The notes: generated by a model not told the origin, from the sequence alone. A stretch of DNA of 64,000 bases from Longimicrobiales bacterium (GCA_965116905.1 OZ220732.1:416001-480000), one strand, 5' to 3'. Positions 38,129 through 48,107 are shown, counted from the first letter of the stretch. Made by a program: numbers and translations.

Positions 38129-38900
38129 CCGATTCCCGGATTCCGATGTAGCCCCGATGCCTGCCGCGGTCGCCGCGCCGATGGGAGAAGTAGCGGCCAT
38201 CGCCGCACAGGGTGCACTCGCCGCTCACCGTGACGTTTGCGGCCCGTACCCCGGCCGCGAGGGTCCGGCGCCGGATCACCGACCTGAGATCGATCGCCGC
38301 GGGAACGTCGGGCGCCGCTTCGCCCAGGGCGCGGAAGACCTCCGGGCCGACCTCGTAGCAGCGCCCGCAAATGGCCGGACCGAGATGGACCAGGAGGTCC
38401 CCGCGGTGGCTCTCGAAGGCCTCCGACAGCGTGTCCAGCCCCGCTTCCACCACGCCCGCCGCGGTGCCCCGCCAGCCTGCATGCAGGAGGGCCACGGTCC
38501 GGCGGGTAGGATCCACGATGAACACCGGCACGCAGTCGGCCAGGGTGACGGTCAGGAGCACCCCGGACGCACCGGTCGCGTGGCCGTCACCCTCGCCGGT
38601 CAAGCACACGCCGCGCGGCAGCCGGCCATGTACCTGGATCAACCGACCATGCACCTGCCGGCTCCTCACGACCGCGCGCCAGTCCGCCGCCAGGGCCAGG
38701 TCGACGCTGTCGGGCGTCTCGCTCGGCGACGAGTGCCCAGCCGTCGCCGCGCGCATGCCGGCGGTGTCGGCGGTGCGCGTCCGCCTGGTCGTCCCGGCGA
38801 GCAACCTCGGGAACCGCCTCTCCCACGGCGCCACCGGGGTCACCGGGATCACCGGGGTCACTCCGAACGATCGCAAGGTCGTGGAGTCGTATCTGTTCAT
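38109..38900 (-). CDS. pgeF: YfiH/PgeF family (polyphenol oxidase-like / purine nucleoside enzyme)
   Basis: QVHG, ADCVPV, HAGWRG, GPAICGRCYEVG, CTLC, FSHRR. Confidence 0.88.
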   Translation of the reverse strand: MNRYDSTTLRSFGVTPVIPVTPVAPWERRFPRLLAGTTRRTRTADTAGMRAATAGHSSPSETPDSVDLALAADWRAVVRSRQVHGRLIQVHGRLPRGVCLTGEGDGHATGASGVLLTVTLADCVPVFIVDPTRRTVALLHAGWRGTAAGVVEAGLDTLSEAFESHRGDLLVHLGPAICGRCYEVGPEVFRALGEAAPDVPAAIDLRSVIRRRTLAAGVRAANVTVSGECTLCGDGRYFSHRRGDRGRHRGYIGIRESDDLGDD

Positions 38901-39069
38901 GGGCGTTGAACGTTACGAGATTGGCCGGCCGGATTCCAGCCGTTCGGACCGGGCTGTCGGGGCGGGCATTGGCTCGTCTGACGGGTCCCCCAAAAAAGGG
39001 GATGCCGGGTCGCAAGGTCCCCCGGCTATATTTGTCTCTACCGCCAAACCCGATGAGAGGAGGCGAGGA

Positions 39070-40107
39070 ATGACCGCACGGCGCACCCCAACCAGGACGC
39101 CCAGGACGCGAATGCGACTCGCGGTGGCTGCTCTGGCCGTGGTCTGTGCCTGCGGAGACTCGGCAACCGAGCTGCCGCCGGATGGGCCCGATCTCATCGT
39201 CTCCGTACCCGACGTTCCGCCCAGCGTAGCCTACGGACGCTCATTCTCTCTGGAGGTCACGGTGCTCAACCGGGGAACGACGACGGCGGGCAGGACGCAG
39301 GTGTTTTTCCTGCACTCCGCCGATCAGGCCATCACCACTGCAGATGCTGTCGTAGGCTCGGAGTTCACCGACACGCTTGCGGTTGATGGGGAGGACGATG
39401 TCAGGATCAGGGTGGAGCCCCCCCGCGACGAACTCGGGACATTGTACTACGGGGCATGCGTCGATCCGCTGCCCGACGAGATCGATACGGAAAACAACTG
39501 CTCCGTTGCGGCGGGAGTCGAGGTCTTCCTGCCGCCCCCGCTCGGCGAGGTTGTCGACAGAACCCACGAGTCGCTGACGAGCAGGATTGCCAGCGGGGGG
39601 GGCCAGACGAGCTTCCAGGTCTACCGCAGGCGCTCCGAAGCAGGGGATTTCAGTCGTGTTCGGGATCTCTCGGCGTCGGGTGAGGAGACGAGCTACGCCG
39701 ACATGGGTCTGGAACCCAACACGGTGTACTACTACAAGGCGGTCGCCTGCAATGGATCGATCTGCTCGGATGAATCGGACGAGTGGGGCGGCCTTACCGA
39801 GGTCGTCGGGCCGGTTGACATTCCCGCAGTGCCCACAATACGGGGAGAAAAGGTCAACATCGCATTCGGCACCGACAAGGCGCGTGTGCATTGGGACGCC
39901 GTGCCCTGGGCAACGTACTACAGGGTGTACCAGGACAACGACCTGGACGCCGAGGTGTCCGCCCCGGCCCTGAGCTACTACGACAACCATCCGAACACGT
40001 CGCTGGGGGCGTACCAGACCACCACGTACAAGGTGCAGGCGTGCAACAAGGCCGGGTGCTCCGAGTCCTCGGAGACGGTCGTGATCACGGTTCCGCCACC
40101 GGGGTAA
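39070..40107 (+). CDS. Lipoprotein with a CARDB-like domain and two fibronectin type III-like domains
   Basis: Lipobox VCAC; PDLIV...NRG...YYGACVD...ENNCS; GLEPNTVYYYKAVACN and TYKVQACNKAGCS. Start 39070 or 39112. Confidence 0.75.
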   Translation: MTARRTPTRTPRTRMRLAVAALAVVCACGDSATELPPDGPDLIVSVPDVPPSVAYGRSFSLEVTVLNRGTTTAGRTQVFFLHSADQAITTADAVVGSEFTDTLAVDGEDDVRIRVEPPRDELGTLYYGACVDPLPDEIDTENNCSVAAGVEVFLPPPLGEVVDRTHESLTSRIASGGGQTSFQVYRRRSEAGDFSRVRDLSASGEETSYADMGLEPNTVYYYKAVACNGSICSDESDEWGGLTEVVGPVDIPAVPTIRGEKVNIAFGTDKARVHWDAVPWATYYRVYQDNDLDAEVSAPALSYYDNHPNTSLGAYQTTTYKVQACNKAGCSESSETVVITVPPPG

Positions 40108-40130
40108 AAACAACTACCTTAGTGGCAATC

Positions 40131-43001
40131 ATGAGCAGCACCCATTTCGACGCCCAGAACGCGGCCTACGTTCAGGCGCTCTACGAGGATTTCACCCGGA
40201 ACCCCGATGCGGTGCATCCGGAGTGGCGGGAGTTCTTCGAGCGCGGTCACAAGGCTCTCGTGGAGGACGGGCTCCTGACGGTGGAGGGCGACTCCAACGG
40301 GGCTCCGGCGCCCGCGAGCACCCCCGCGGAGCGCGTCGCGCCGCTCGCCCCGGTGGCCGCAGCCGTGGTCCCCCCGCCCACCGCTCGCGAGCCCGTGATC
40401 CCGACCCGGCCCGACGCGCGCCTTCTTTCGCTGGTTGCGCGGGCCGCGAATCTGTTGCAGGCGTTTCGCGAGCACGGCCACCAGGCAGCGCGCATCGACC
40501 CGCTCGGGAGCGAGCCCCCCGGCCACCCGCAACTCGATCCGGCCTACTTCGGCACCACCATGGAAGAGCTGGCCGAAATCCCCACCTCGGTGCTCTTCCA
40601 CGACGGCGACGATACCCCCCTGGCCTCCACACTGGACCGCCTCAAGGCCACCTACAGCGGCGCGCTCGGCTACGAGTTCGAGCACCTGGAGGATCCCGGC
40701 AAGGTCGCCTGGCTGTGGGAGCAGGTGGAGCGCGGGACGCACTTCGCCGGCTACACGGACGAGGATCGCCTGCACACGCTGGACCGGCTTACCCGGGTGG
40801 AGGGGCTGGAGCAGTTCCTCCACCGCGCCTACCTCGGGCAGAAGCGCTTCTCGATCGAGGGTACCGACATGATCGTGCCCATGCTCGACGAGGCGATCGA
40901 GATTGCGGCCGCCGACGGCGCCACCGAGGTCGTGGTCGGCATGGCCCACCGCGGCCGGCTCAACGTCCTCGCCCACATCCTCGGCGTTTCGTACGATGAG
41001 ATCCTGGGCGAGTTCGAGGGCCGGGCCACCCCCGGGAGCGCGCTGTGGGTCCCCGACCCCGGTACCGGCGACGTCAAGTACCATCACGGCGCCACGGCCG
41101 ACTACACGCTCCGCTCCGGCGACTCGATCCGGATCACGCTCGCGCCCAACCCGAGCCATCTCGAGTACGTCAATCCGGTCATTCTCGGCATGGCGCGCAC
41201 GCAACAGTACCCGGACGACAACGGCACCGACCGGGACACCTCAAGGGTCGTGCCGGTGCTGATCCACGGAGACGCGGCCTTCGCCGCCGAGGGCGTCGTG
41301 GCCGAGACCCTGAATCTGGCCCGTCTGCGCGGCTACGAGGTGGGGGGGAGCATCCACATCATCGCCAACAACCAGGTCGGCTTCACCACCAACCCGAGCG
41401 ACGGCCGCTCCACCCGTTACGCCAGCGACCTGGCCAAGGGCTACGATATCCCGGTCATCCACGCGAACGGGGACGCGCCCGAAGAGTGTCTCGCCGCCAT
41501 CCGGCTGGCCATGGCGTACCGCAAGAGGTTCCACGACGACGCTCTGATCGATCTCGTCGGGTACCGCCGGCACGGCCACAACGAAGCCGACGAGCCGGGC
41601 TACACGCAGCCGACGCTATACACGGCGATCGCCGACCACCCCACGCCGCGCGCGCGCTGGGTGCAGTCCCTGATGGAGCGGGGGCTGGTGACCGGCGACG
41701 AGGTCGCGCAGGGAGCCAGGACGCTGTCCGACGAGCTGCGCCAGGCCCAGGACCTTCGGCGGGAGGCTCCGGACGAAGAGGTCATGCTCCCCTGGACGCA
41801 TCCCGACTTCGGGGCCGTGATGCAGGACTTCGATCCCTACACGCAAGTGCCGTTCGAGCAGCTCGAGGCGATCAACGGAGCGCTGCTGACGGTCCCGGAG
41901 GGCTTCAATATTCATCCCAAGCTCAAGCGGCAGCTCGATCGGCGCGGGAAGGGGTTCGGTCCCGACTTCGCGCTCGAGTGGGCGCACGCCGAGGCGCTTG
42001 CCATCGGCACGCTCCTGCAGGACGGGATTCCGGTGCGGCTCTCGGGCCAGGACTGCGAGCGCGGCACGTTCAGCCATCGGCACCTCGTGCTCAACGATGC
42101 GGCAACGGGCGCGAAGCACACCCCCCTGGCTCAGGTCGCGGATACGCGGCTCGAGGTCTACAACTCGCCCCTCACCGAGGCGGCGGTGATCGGCTTCGAG
42201 TACGGCGTCGCCGTCGCCGCCGACCGCGACCTGGTGCTGTGGGAGGCGCAGTTCGGCGACTTCGTCAACGTGGCCCAGGTCATGATCGACCAGTTTCTGT
42301 CCGCGGGATGGTCCAAGTGGGGGCAACGTTCGCGACTGACCCTTCTGCTGCCGCACGGCTACGAGGGCCAGGGACCCGAACATTCGAGCGCCCGTCTGGA
42401 GCGATTCCTCCAGCTCTGCGCCGAGGACAACATGCGCGTGGTCTACCCGACCACGCCCGCCCAGTACTTCCACCTGCTTCGCGTGCAGGCGTTCAGCGAA
42501 CCGGAGCGGCCGCTCATCGTCATGTCGCCGAAGAGCCTCCTGCGCAACCCGATGGCCACGTCGCCGGTCAGCGAACTGGTCGAGGGTGGTTTCGAACGCG
42601 TGATCGACGACCCCGGGCTCCAGGACTGGGAGGACGCCGAGCGGATCCGCCGCCTCATCCTGTGCAGCGGCAAGGTGTACTACGATCTGGCCGGGTCCGA
42701 TGCTCGCGCGGCCGCCGACACCACCGCCATTGCGCGGGTCGAGGCCCTCTACCCGTTCCCGGATGACGAAATCCGCGCGCTGGACGCCCGCTATCCCAAC
42801 ATCGAGGAGGTGGTCTGGGTCCAGGAGGAACCCATGAACATGGGCGCCCTGACCTACATGCTGCCCCGCCTGGGCGACGCAATGCCCGGTTCGGTCGCGA
42901 TCAGGCACGTCTCCCGGCCCGAGAGGGCCAGTCCGGCCGAGGGAGACGCTGGCGACCACCAGGCCGAACAGAGGCGCATCGTGGAAGAGGCGCTCGCCTG
43001 A
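40131..43001 (+). CDS. sucA: 2-oxoglutarate dehydrogenase E1 component
   Basis: GQKRFSIEG, GMAHRGRLN, GDVKYH, NPSHLE, HGDAAF, RLSGQD, WEAQFGDF, LPHGYEGQGPEHSSARLERFLQ. Confidence 0.96.
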   Translation: MSSTHFDAQNAAYVQALYEDFTRNPDAVHPEWREFFERGHKALVEDGLLTVEGDSNGAPAPASTPAERVAPLAPVAAAVVPPPTAREPVIPTRPDARLLSLVARAANLLQAFREHGHQAARIDPLGSEPPGHPQLDPAYFGTTMEELAEIPTSVLFHDGDDTPLASTLDRLKATYSGALGYEFEHLEDPGKVAWLWEQVERGTHFAGYTDEDRLHTLDRLTRVEGLEQFLHRAYLGQKRFSIEGTDMIVPMLDEAIEIAAADGATEVVVGMAHRGRLNVLAHILGVSYDEILGEFEGRATPGSALWVPDPGTGDVKYHHGATADYTLRSGDSIRITLAPNPSHLEYVNPVILGMARTQQYPDDNGTDRDTSRVVPVLIHGDAAFAAEGVVAETLNLARLRGYEVGGSIHIIANNQVGFTTNPSDGRSTRYASDLAKGYDIPVIHANGDAPEECLAAIRLAMAYRKRFHDDALIDLVGYRRHGHNEADEPGYTQPTLYTAIADHPTPRARWVQSLMERGLVTGDEVAQGARTLSDELRQAQDLRREAPDEEVMLPWTHPDFGAVMQDFDPYTQVPFEQLEAINGALLTVPEGFNIHPKLKRQLDRRGKGFGPDFALEWAHAEALAIGTLLQDGIPVRLSGQDCERGTFSHRHLVLNDAATGAKHTPLAQVADTRLEVYNSPLTEAAVIGFEYGVAVAADRDLVLWEAQFGDFVNVAQVMIDQFLSAGWSKWGQRSRLTLLLPHGYEGQGPEHSSARLERFLQLCAEDNMRVVYPTTPAQYFHLLRVQAFSEPERPLIVMSPKSLLRNPMATSPVSELVEGGFERVIDDPGLQDWEDAERIRRLILCSGKVYYDLAGSDARAAADTTAIARVEALYPFPDDEIRALDARYPNIEEVVWVQEEPMNMGALTYMLPRLGDAMPGSVAIRHVSRPERASPAEGDAGDHQAEQRRIVEEALA

Positions 43002-43025
43002 CAACCCGCGCACCCGCGCGCGGGG

Positions 43026-44342
43026 TCAGCCTTTTTCGGGCACCGCGATCCCGTACTGCAGCAGCGTGGCCCTCAGCGTCGGGCGGCCGAGGCGCACACG
43101 GCTGTCATCGAGCAGGAACGAGAAGACGTAGCCGGCGCCGAGCATCAGGATCCCGATCAGGAAGCAGTACATGACGGCCCGGTCCGGGTAGGTGTCCTTC
43201 AGGTATCCCACGTACATGGGTCCGATGATCCCCGCCGCGGACCACGCGGTGAGCACCGTACCGTAGATCTTCGACATGTTCCGGGAGCCGAAGACGTCGA
43301 CGATGAACGACGGCATCGTCGCGAAACCGCCCCCGAAGCAGAGCAGCACGTAGCAGACGAGGATCGAGAAGATCCAGGGGTTGGAATTCGTCATCAGGAT
43401 GCCGAACACCACCATCTGGCTGGAGAGCAGGATCCTGAACACCGCGACGCGTCCGAGGCGGTCGGACAGCAGTCCCCAGAAGATGCGGCCCACTCCGTTG
43501 CACAGCGAGCTGACCGCGATGAGCGTGGCCCCGTACTCGGCAAGGGTCGCGGGATCGATCGAGGGGTCGGCCAGCCCCCAGACCTCCTGAAGCAGCTCGG
43601 ACTGGAAGCTGATGACGGAAATGCCCGCGGCGATGTTGAAGAAAAAGACCGTCCACATGATCGCGAACTGGCTGGTGCGCAGGTACGGAGCCGTGGCCTC
43701 GGCCTTCGGTGGCGGCGCCCGCGGCGAGGTCGGCCGCCGCTCCGCCACGGGCTCGGGCGGATCGCTCAGCACCAAGCTGCTCGGAATCAGGATGCACGCG
43801 AAGACGATCCCCAGCCATAGGAAGACGACCTGCAGGTCCCCCTGGGCCTGAACGACGAGCAGCGGAGCGAGACCCTTGCTGAGCAGGAAGGCCCCGACAC
43901 CGAAGCCCATCACCACGATGCCGGTGACCAGCCCCTTACGGTCGGGGTACCACTTGGCCACCGTCGCCACCGGCGTGACGTACCCCATCCCGATTCCCGC
44001 CCCGCCGATCACGCCGTAGCCGAGGTAGAACAGCCAGATCGCATCCAGGGACAGGGCCAGGCTCGCGACCAGGTAGCCGGCCGAAAAAAGGCAGCTGCCC
44101 GTTACGGCCAGGAACCGGGGGCCGACCCGGGGCAAGGCCTGCCCCGCCAGCGCCGCCGAAACGCCCAGCGTGAAGATGGTGATGCTGAATGCGGCGGCCG
44201 TCTGGCTGAAGGTCCAGCCCACGTCCCGCACGAGCATGGTCTGGAAGAAGCTCCAGGCGTACACGGTCCCCAGGCAGACCTGCAGCAGGGTGCAGAAGAC
44301 GGCGATGACGCTCCTGGGCACCCGCGTGGCTGGGGTGGACAC
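43026..44342 (-). CDS. OFA-family (oxalate:formate antiporter-like) MFS transporter
   Basis: CLGTVYAWS, GYVTPVATVAKWYPDRKG...GFG, NGVGRIFWGLLSDRLGR, FGGGFATMP, LTAWSAAG. Probable GTG start at 44342; ORF track gives 44405. Confidence 0.9.
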   Translation of the reverse strand: MSTPATRVPRSVIAVFCTLLQVCLGTVYAWSFFQTMLVRDVGWTFSQTAAAFSITIFTLGVSAALAGQALPRVGPRFLAVTGSCLFSAGYLVASLALSLDAIWLFYLGYGVIGGAGIGMGYVTPVATVAKWYPDRKGLVTGIVVMGFGVGAFLLSKGLAPLLVVQAQGDLQVVFLWLGIVFACILIPSSLVLSDPPEPVAERRPTSPRAPPPKAEATAPYLRTSQFAIMWTVFFFNIAAGISVISFQSELLQEVWGLADPSIDPATLAEYGATLIAVSSLCNGVGRIFWGLLSDRLGRVAVFRILLSSQMVVFGILMTNSNPWIFSILVCYVLLCFGGGFATMPSFIVDVFGSRNMSKIYGTVLTAWSAAGIIGPMYVGYLKDTYPDRAVMYCFLIGILMLGAGYVFSFLLDDSRVRLGRPTLRATLLQYGIAVPEKG

Positions 44343-44343
44343 G

Positions 44344-45120
44344 CTAGTCGCCGCCCCCGGACCCCGTTCCCTCGTCCTTCGCAAAGGCGAGGTCGTCCGC
44401 GACATACTGCATCATGCGCGCCATGTCGCCGATCTCGTCGTCGCGGACCAGGACATCGCCGTGGGTGGTCCCGTCGCTCTCCTTGTCCCGGGCCAGCGTC
44501 ACGACGTACTCCAGCAGCTCGGTCAAGGGCCTGGACGCGAGGTTGACCAGCCAGATCGACGCGAGGACCCCGGTGACGAGGATGATGCAGAGGAGGTAGA
44601 CCTGCTGGCCCACCGCGCGCTGGATCTTGAGGCCCAGACGCTCCAGGTCCATGCCCACGTGCACCGTGCCCGCCACGCCGGACAGAATCGGACTCCCAAC
44701 CTCGACGAAATCGCCCAGTCCGGGCAGGCTGCGCTCGACGGCTTCGGTGGCCGACGGATCGCTGGCCAGGATCTCCTCGGGGATGCCGGGAATGAAGGTG
44801 TGGGCCAGGAATTCCCCGGTGTCGCTGGTGATGTAGATGTAGCGGATGCTCTCGATCTGGACGAACTGGTCGATCAGCGACTGGAGCGTGGCCAGGTTGC
44901 GATTGAGCAGGATGTCCACGCTGGAGTCCGCAATGTTCTTCGCAATGCTCTCGCTGTTGCTCACGTATTCGTCCCGCAACTCGCGGGAGACCGACGAAAT
45001 CGACAGGATCGAGATCGCCAGCACCACGATCCCGAAGAGGGCGAAGAAACCGAAACGCGTTTTGCGGAAGAGTTTTCGAACCTTGAGGACTTCTTCACCC
45101 TTCTGGATCATGGCAGTCAT
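44344..45120 (-). CDS. Two-TM membrane protein with an extracytoplasmic domain and a terminal HAMP domain, no output domain
   Basis: TM1, about 140-aa sensor-like region, TM2, then SRPLTELLEYVVTLA...VRDDEIGDMARMMQY (HAMP) and a stop about 18 residues later. Confidence 0.78.
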   Translation of the reverse strand: MTAMIQKGEEVLKVRKLFRKTRFGFFALFGIVVLAISILSISSVSRELRDEYVSNSESIAKNIADSSVDILLNRNLATLQSLIDQFVQIESIRYIYITSDTGEFLAHTFIPGIPEEILASDPSATEAVERSLPGLGDFVEVGSPILSGVAGTVHVGMDLERLGLKIQRAVGQQVYLLCIILVTGVLASIWLVNLASRPLTELLEYVVTLARDKESDGTTHGDVLVRDDEIGDMARMMQYVADDLAFAKDEGTGSGGGD

Positions 45121-46424
45121 GAGACGGGGAACCTGCCCTCCCAGTCCTCGAGCGGAACGAAACGCTCGCCCTCCGGGACCGTGTAGTAGACTCGTTGCAG
45201 CCCCTGGCGGCGGTCGGGACCGTAGCGCACCCGCTCGCCGACCCCGAGATCGTAGTCTCGCACGGCGAAGACGGCCTCCTCGATCCCGGATCGCTGCGGG
45301 TTGTCGCCCATGCGCCGGATGATCTCGGTGATCAGCTTCGCGTTCACGAATCCCTCCAGGCTCACGAAGCTCTGGGGGAACGTGGTATACGGTTCACCGG
45401 GCGTGATCCGCTCCACGTCGTCCGGAGGAGGCGGATCGTAGCGCGCCATCAGTTCGTGGTACTCGCGGACCGCGGGGAGCGACGTGTCCTCGTAGCTCGG
45501 GACCACCTGCGAGTTGACCAGGAAGCGCGTGTGCGCATCGGCATCCGCGCGACCCTCGCGCATCAACGCGAGTAGATTCTCGCTGCCCACGAACGACACG
45601 TTGGCAACCGGTATGTGGAGCCCCAGATCCTCGGCGTCCCGGGCGAAGGCCGCGCAGGCCTGATAGGCGCCGATGCAGATCACGGCATCCGGGGAACGCG
45701 CCTGCAGGATCTCCACCTGTCCCCGCATGCTCGCCCCGAACTGCGTACCGCGCATGTAGGTCGCCTCGCCGGCCATGGTCTCGCCGTGCCTGGCCAGTGC
45801 CTCGCGCACCCCGGCCCAGCCGCTGCGCCCGTAGGCGTCGTTCTGGTAGAAGACCGCTACCCGGCGGCGCCCGATGCTCAGGAAGTTGTCGACCAGCCCG
45901 GCCGTCTCCTGGCGGTAGGAGGCGCGAAGGTTGAACGCGAACTCGCCATACGGGGGTTCGCGCTGCGGCTCCGCCCCGGTGAAGGGGAAGAAGAGATACA
46001 CCTGCTGGTCGCGGAACTTCTTCAGCACGGGGAGCGCCCGGGTGACCGTCGGCGTGCCCACGTAGTTGAAGAGCAGAAAGACGGACTCGTCCTGGATGAG
46101 CTCGATCGTGTTGGCGACGCAGGGGTCGGGCTGGTATCCGTCATCCAGCAGCTTCATCACGATCCGGCGGCCGTTGACCCCGCCGTTCTCGTTGACGTGG
46201 TTGAAGTACGCCATGGCGCCGCGGTACAGCTCGGTGCCGAGTCCCCGCGAAGGACCCGAGAACGCGGCGGACACGCCAAGGACGATCTCGTCGTCCTGAA
46301 CGGTCGCACCCACACGGCCCCGCGGCCCCGGATACGAATGGACGCCGGACGCCCCGAGCCTTCCGGCCCACGGTGCCGCCATCAGCGCCCCGAGTCCCGA
46401 GCGAACAAGTGACCGGCGGGTCAT
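45117..46424 (-). CDS. Periplasmic binding protein of the Leu/Ile/Val (type I) family with a Tat-like signal
   Basis: MTRRSLV; LGVSAAFSGPSRGLG, GGVNGRRI, DDGYQP, YVGTPT, NLRASYRQE, FYQNDAYG. Alternative start 46484. Confidence 0.88.
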   Translation of the reverse strand: MTRRSLVRSGLGALMAAPWAGRLGASGVHSYPGPRGRVGATVQDDEIVLGVSAAFSGPSRGLGTELYRGAMAYFNHVNENGGVNGRRIVMKLLDDGYQPDPCVANTIELIQDESVFLLFNYVGTPTVTRALPVLKKFRDQQVYLFFPFTGAEPQREPPYGEFAFNLRASYRQETAGLVDNFLSIGRRRVAVFYQNDAYGRSGWAGVREALARHGETMAGEATYMRGTQFGASMRGQVEILQARSPDAVICIGAYQACAAFARDAEDLGLHIPVANVSFVGSENLLALMREGRADADAHTRFLVNSQVVPSYEDTSLPAVREYHELMARYDPPPPDDVERITPGEPYTTFPQSFVSLEGFVNAKLITEIIRRMGDNPQRSGIEEAVFAVRDYDLGVGERVRYGPDRRQGLQRVYYTVPEGERFVPLEDWEGRFPVS

Positions 46425-46669
46425 CGTGCCTGACCGTTTTTGTCGCCCCTCGCCCTCTCCTCCGCCGCCAATGCGAGTCGTCACCTCAGAGTCCTCTCTT
46501 TCCTGGGAACAAGCTCGTCTCGCAGCTGGTTACAGGCGCAACAGGGCGCCCACGTTACAAAAACGTAAGCCATCCACCGCGCCCCGATCAACGCGTCGGC
46601 TTCCGATCGCCGCCGGACCAAAGTGGTGCTGTCCGCCGCTTATCGCCGCTTATCGCCGGTTTTCGCCGC

Positions 46670-48049
46670 TCAACGCCGCCGAATCTGGCCGGTTGGGAAG
46701 GAGACGACGCTTTCGTTGCCGTCCCGCCCGACCGCCGCGACCCCGAACAGGTAGTTGTCGATCACGAGTCCCTCGAGCGTGTGGCTGGTCACATCGCCGA
46801 CCCAGCGGGAGTGCTGCCACCGGGGCGCGGTGGTGTCGCGCCAATAAACCTTGTATCCAGCCAGACGCGGGTCGTCGACCGCCTCCCACTCCAGTGTGGT
46901 GGACGGCCTGACGGCCCCGCCGATCAGCACGCCGGTCGGGGCCGGCGGCGCCCAGGCGAGGCGTGCCAGCACCGCCGCGTTGACCGCGGTCATTCGTGCC
47001 GCGTAGTCGAAGTTGACGCCCTCGATCACGTCGCCGTACTCGATGCCGTTCTCGGTGCGGATGTCCTGGTGCTGACGGGTGTAGTTCTCGTGCGTCTCCA
47101 TGATCCGCACCGCCGCGAAGCCCTCGTCGTTGAAGGGGCGGTGGTGGCCGCCGCGCCCGAAGCGGTCGAGGCGGTAGATCATGATGGGGTCCAGGTTGGG
47201 GATGTAGGCGTCCGCCGTGGCGGCGACGTAGCGCGCCAGTTGCCGCGAGGGTCCGTCCACCTCGCCGCCGAAGACCCGATAGCGCCGCCGTTCCGCCTCC
47301 GTGTCGGTCACCGGCGTGGGCTCCGAGAAGACGCGGAAGGTGTTGTTCTCGATCACACCGTCAACGCCCTCGATGTTGCCGATCATGTCGTTGTTGAGGA
47401 CGCCGATGATCTCCCAGCCCTCTTCCCGCGCGACCGCGGCCATGTGACGCCCGCCCCAGAGCCCCTGCTCCTCGCCGGACAGTCCGGCCAGGATCACCGA
47501 GTTGCCGAACTCCTGGTCGGCGAGGAGTCTCGCGGCTTCGATCGCTCCCGCCATTCCGGATGCGTTGTCGTTGGCCCCGGGGGCGTCGGTTTCGGCGTCG
47601 TTGCCACTCGATGCGCGCGAATCGATGTCCCCCGACATGATGACGTAGTGGTTCGGGTTGACGGTCCCGCGCTTGATTGCCAGGACATTCACGATCCAGG
47701 TGTCGCCGGGGATGCGCGGGCTGAAGTCGGCGGTGACCAGATTGCGCTGATACACCACGTCGTAGCACCCGCCGCACGCCTCCGAGATGCGCTCGAACTC
47801 TGCTTTGATCCAGCGGCGGGCCGCCCCGATCCCCCGCGTCGCCGACAGCGTGTCGGAGAACGTGTTGCGGGTGCCGAACCCCGCGAGCATGCGGATGTCC
47901 GCCTCGACCCGTTCGGGAGACGCCGCCTCCACGATGTCGTAGATGCGGGGATCCAGCTGAGGAGGCACCTGCGCCGTCAGGCCGGCCGGAGCAAGCGTGG
48001 CCACGACCGCGATCCACATGAAGGCGCCAGGGCTCGTTCCGAAGTCCAT
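46670..48049 (-). CDS. Secreted M28 family peptidase with a C-terminal FN3-like domain
   Basis: GDIDSR, PGANDNASG, GEEQGLWG, LNNDMIG, GGHH; signal peptide. Confidence 0.9.
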   Translation of the reverse strand: MDFGTSPGAFMWIAVVATLAPAGLTAQVPPQLDPRIYDIVEAASPERVEADIRMLAGFGTRNTFSDTLSATRGIGAARRWIKAEFERISEACGGCYDVVYQRNLVTADFSPRIPGDTWIVNVLAIKRGTVNPNHYVIMSGDIDSRASSGNDAETDAPGANDNASGMAGAIEAARLLADQEFGNSVILAGLSGEEQGLWGGRHMAAVAREEGWEIIGVLNNDMIGNIEGVDGVIENNTFRVFSEPTPVTDTEAERRRYRVFGGEVDGPSRQLARYVAATADAYIPNLDPIMIYRLDRFGRGGHHRPFNDEGFAAVRIMETHENYTRQHQDIRTENGIEYGDVIEGVNFDYAARMTAVNAAVLARLAWAPPAPTGVLIGGAVRPSTTLEWEAVDDPRLAGYKVYWRDTTAPRWQHSRWVGDVTSHTLEGLVIDNYLFGVAAVGRDGNESVVSFPTGQIRRR

Positions 48050-48107
48050 TCTGTCAAGCCTCCCGGTCTTGGAGGTGGATGAAATGCCGCTCGAACGGGG
48101 GTCGAAC

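Noticed and set aside
38371..43001. Long N-terminal extensions in the ORF track for the FN3 protein and sucA (likewise VPS10, Ppx and YhaN)
   Set aside because: The extensions overlap upstream genes; downstream starts fit signal peptides, coupling or family N-termini better.
46530..46568. ACGTT-N5-AACGT palindrome and GTTACA repeats upstream of the binding-protein operon
   Set aside because: The arms are too short to distinguish from chance without comparative data.
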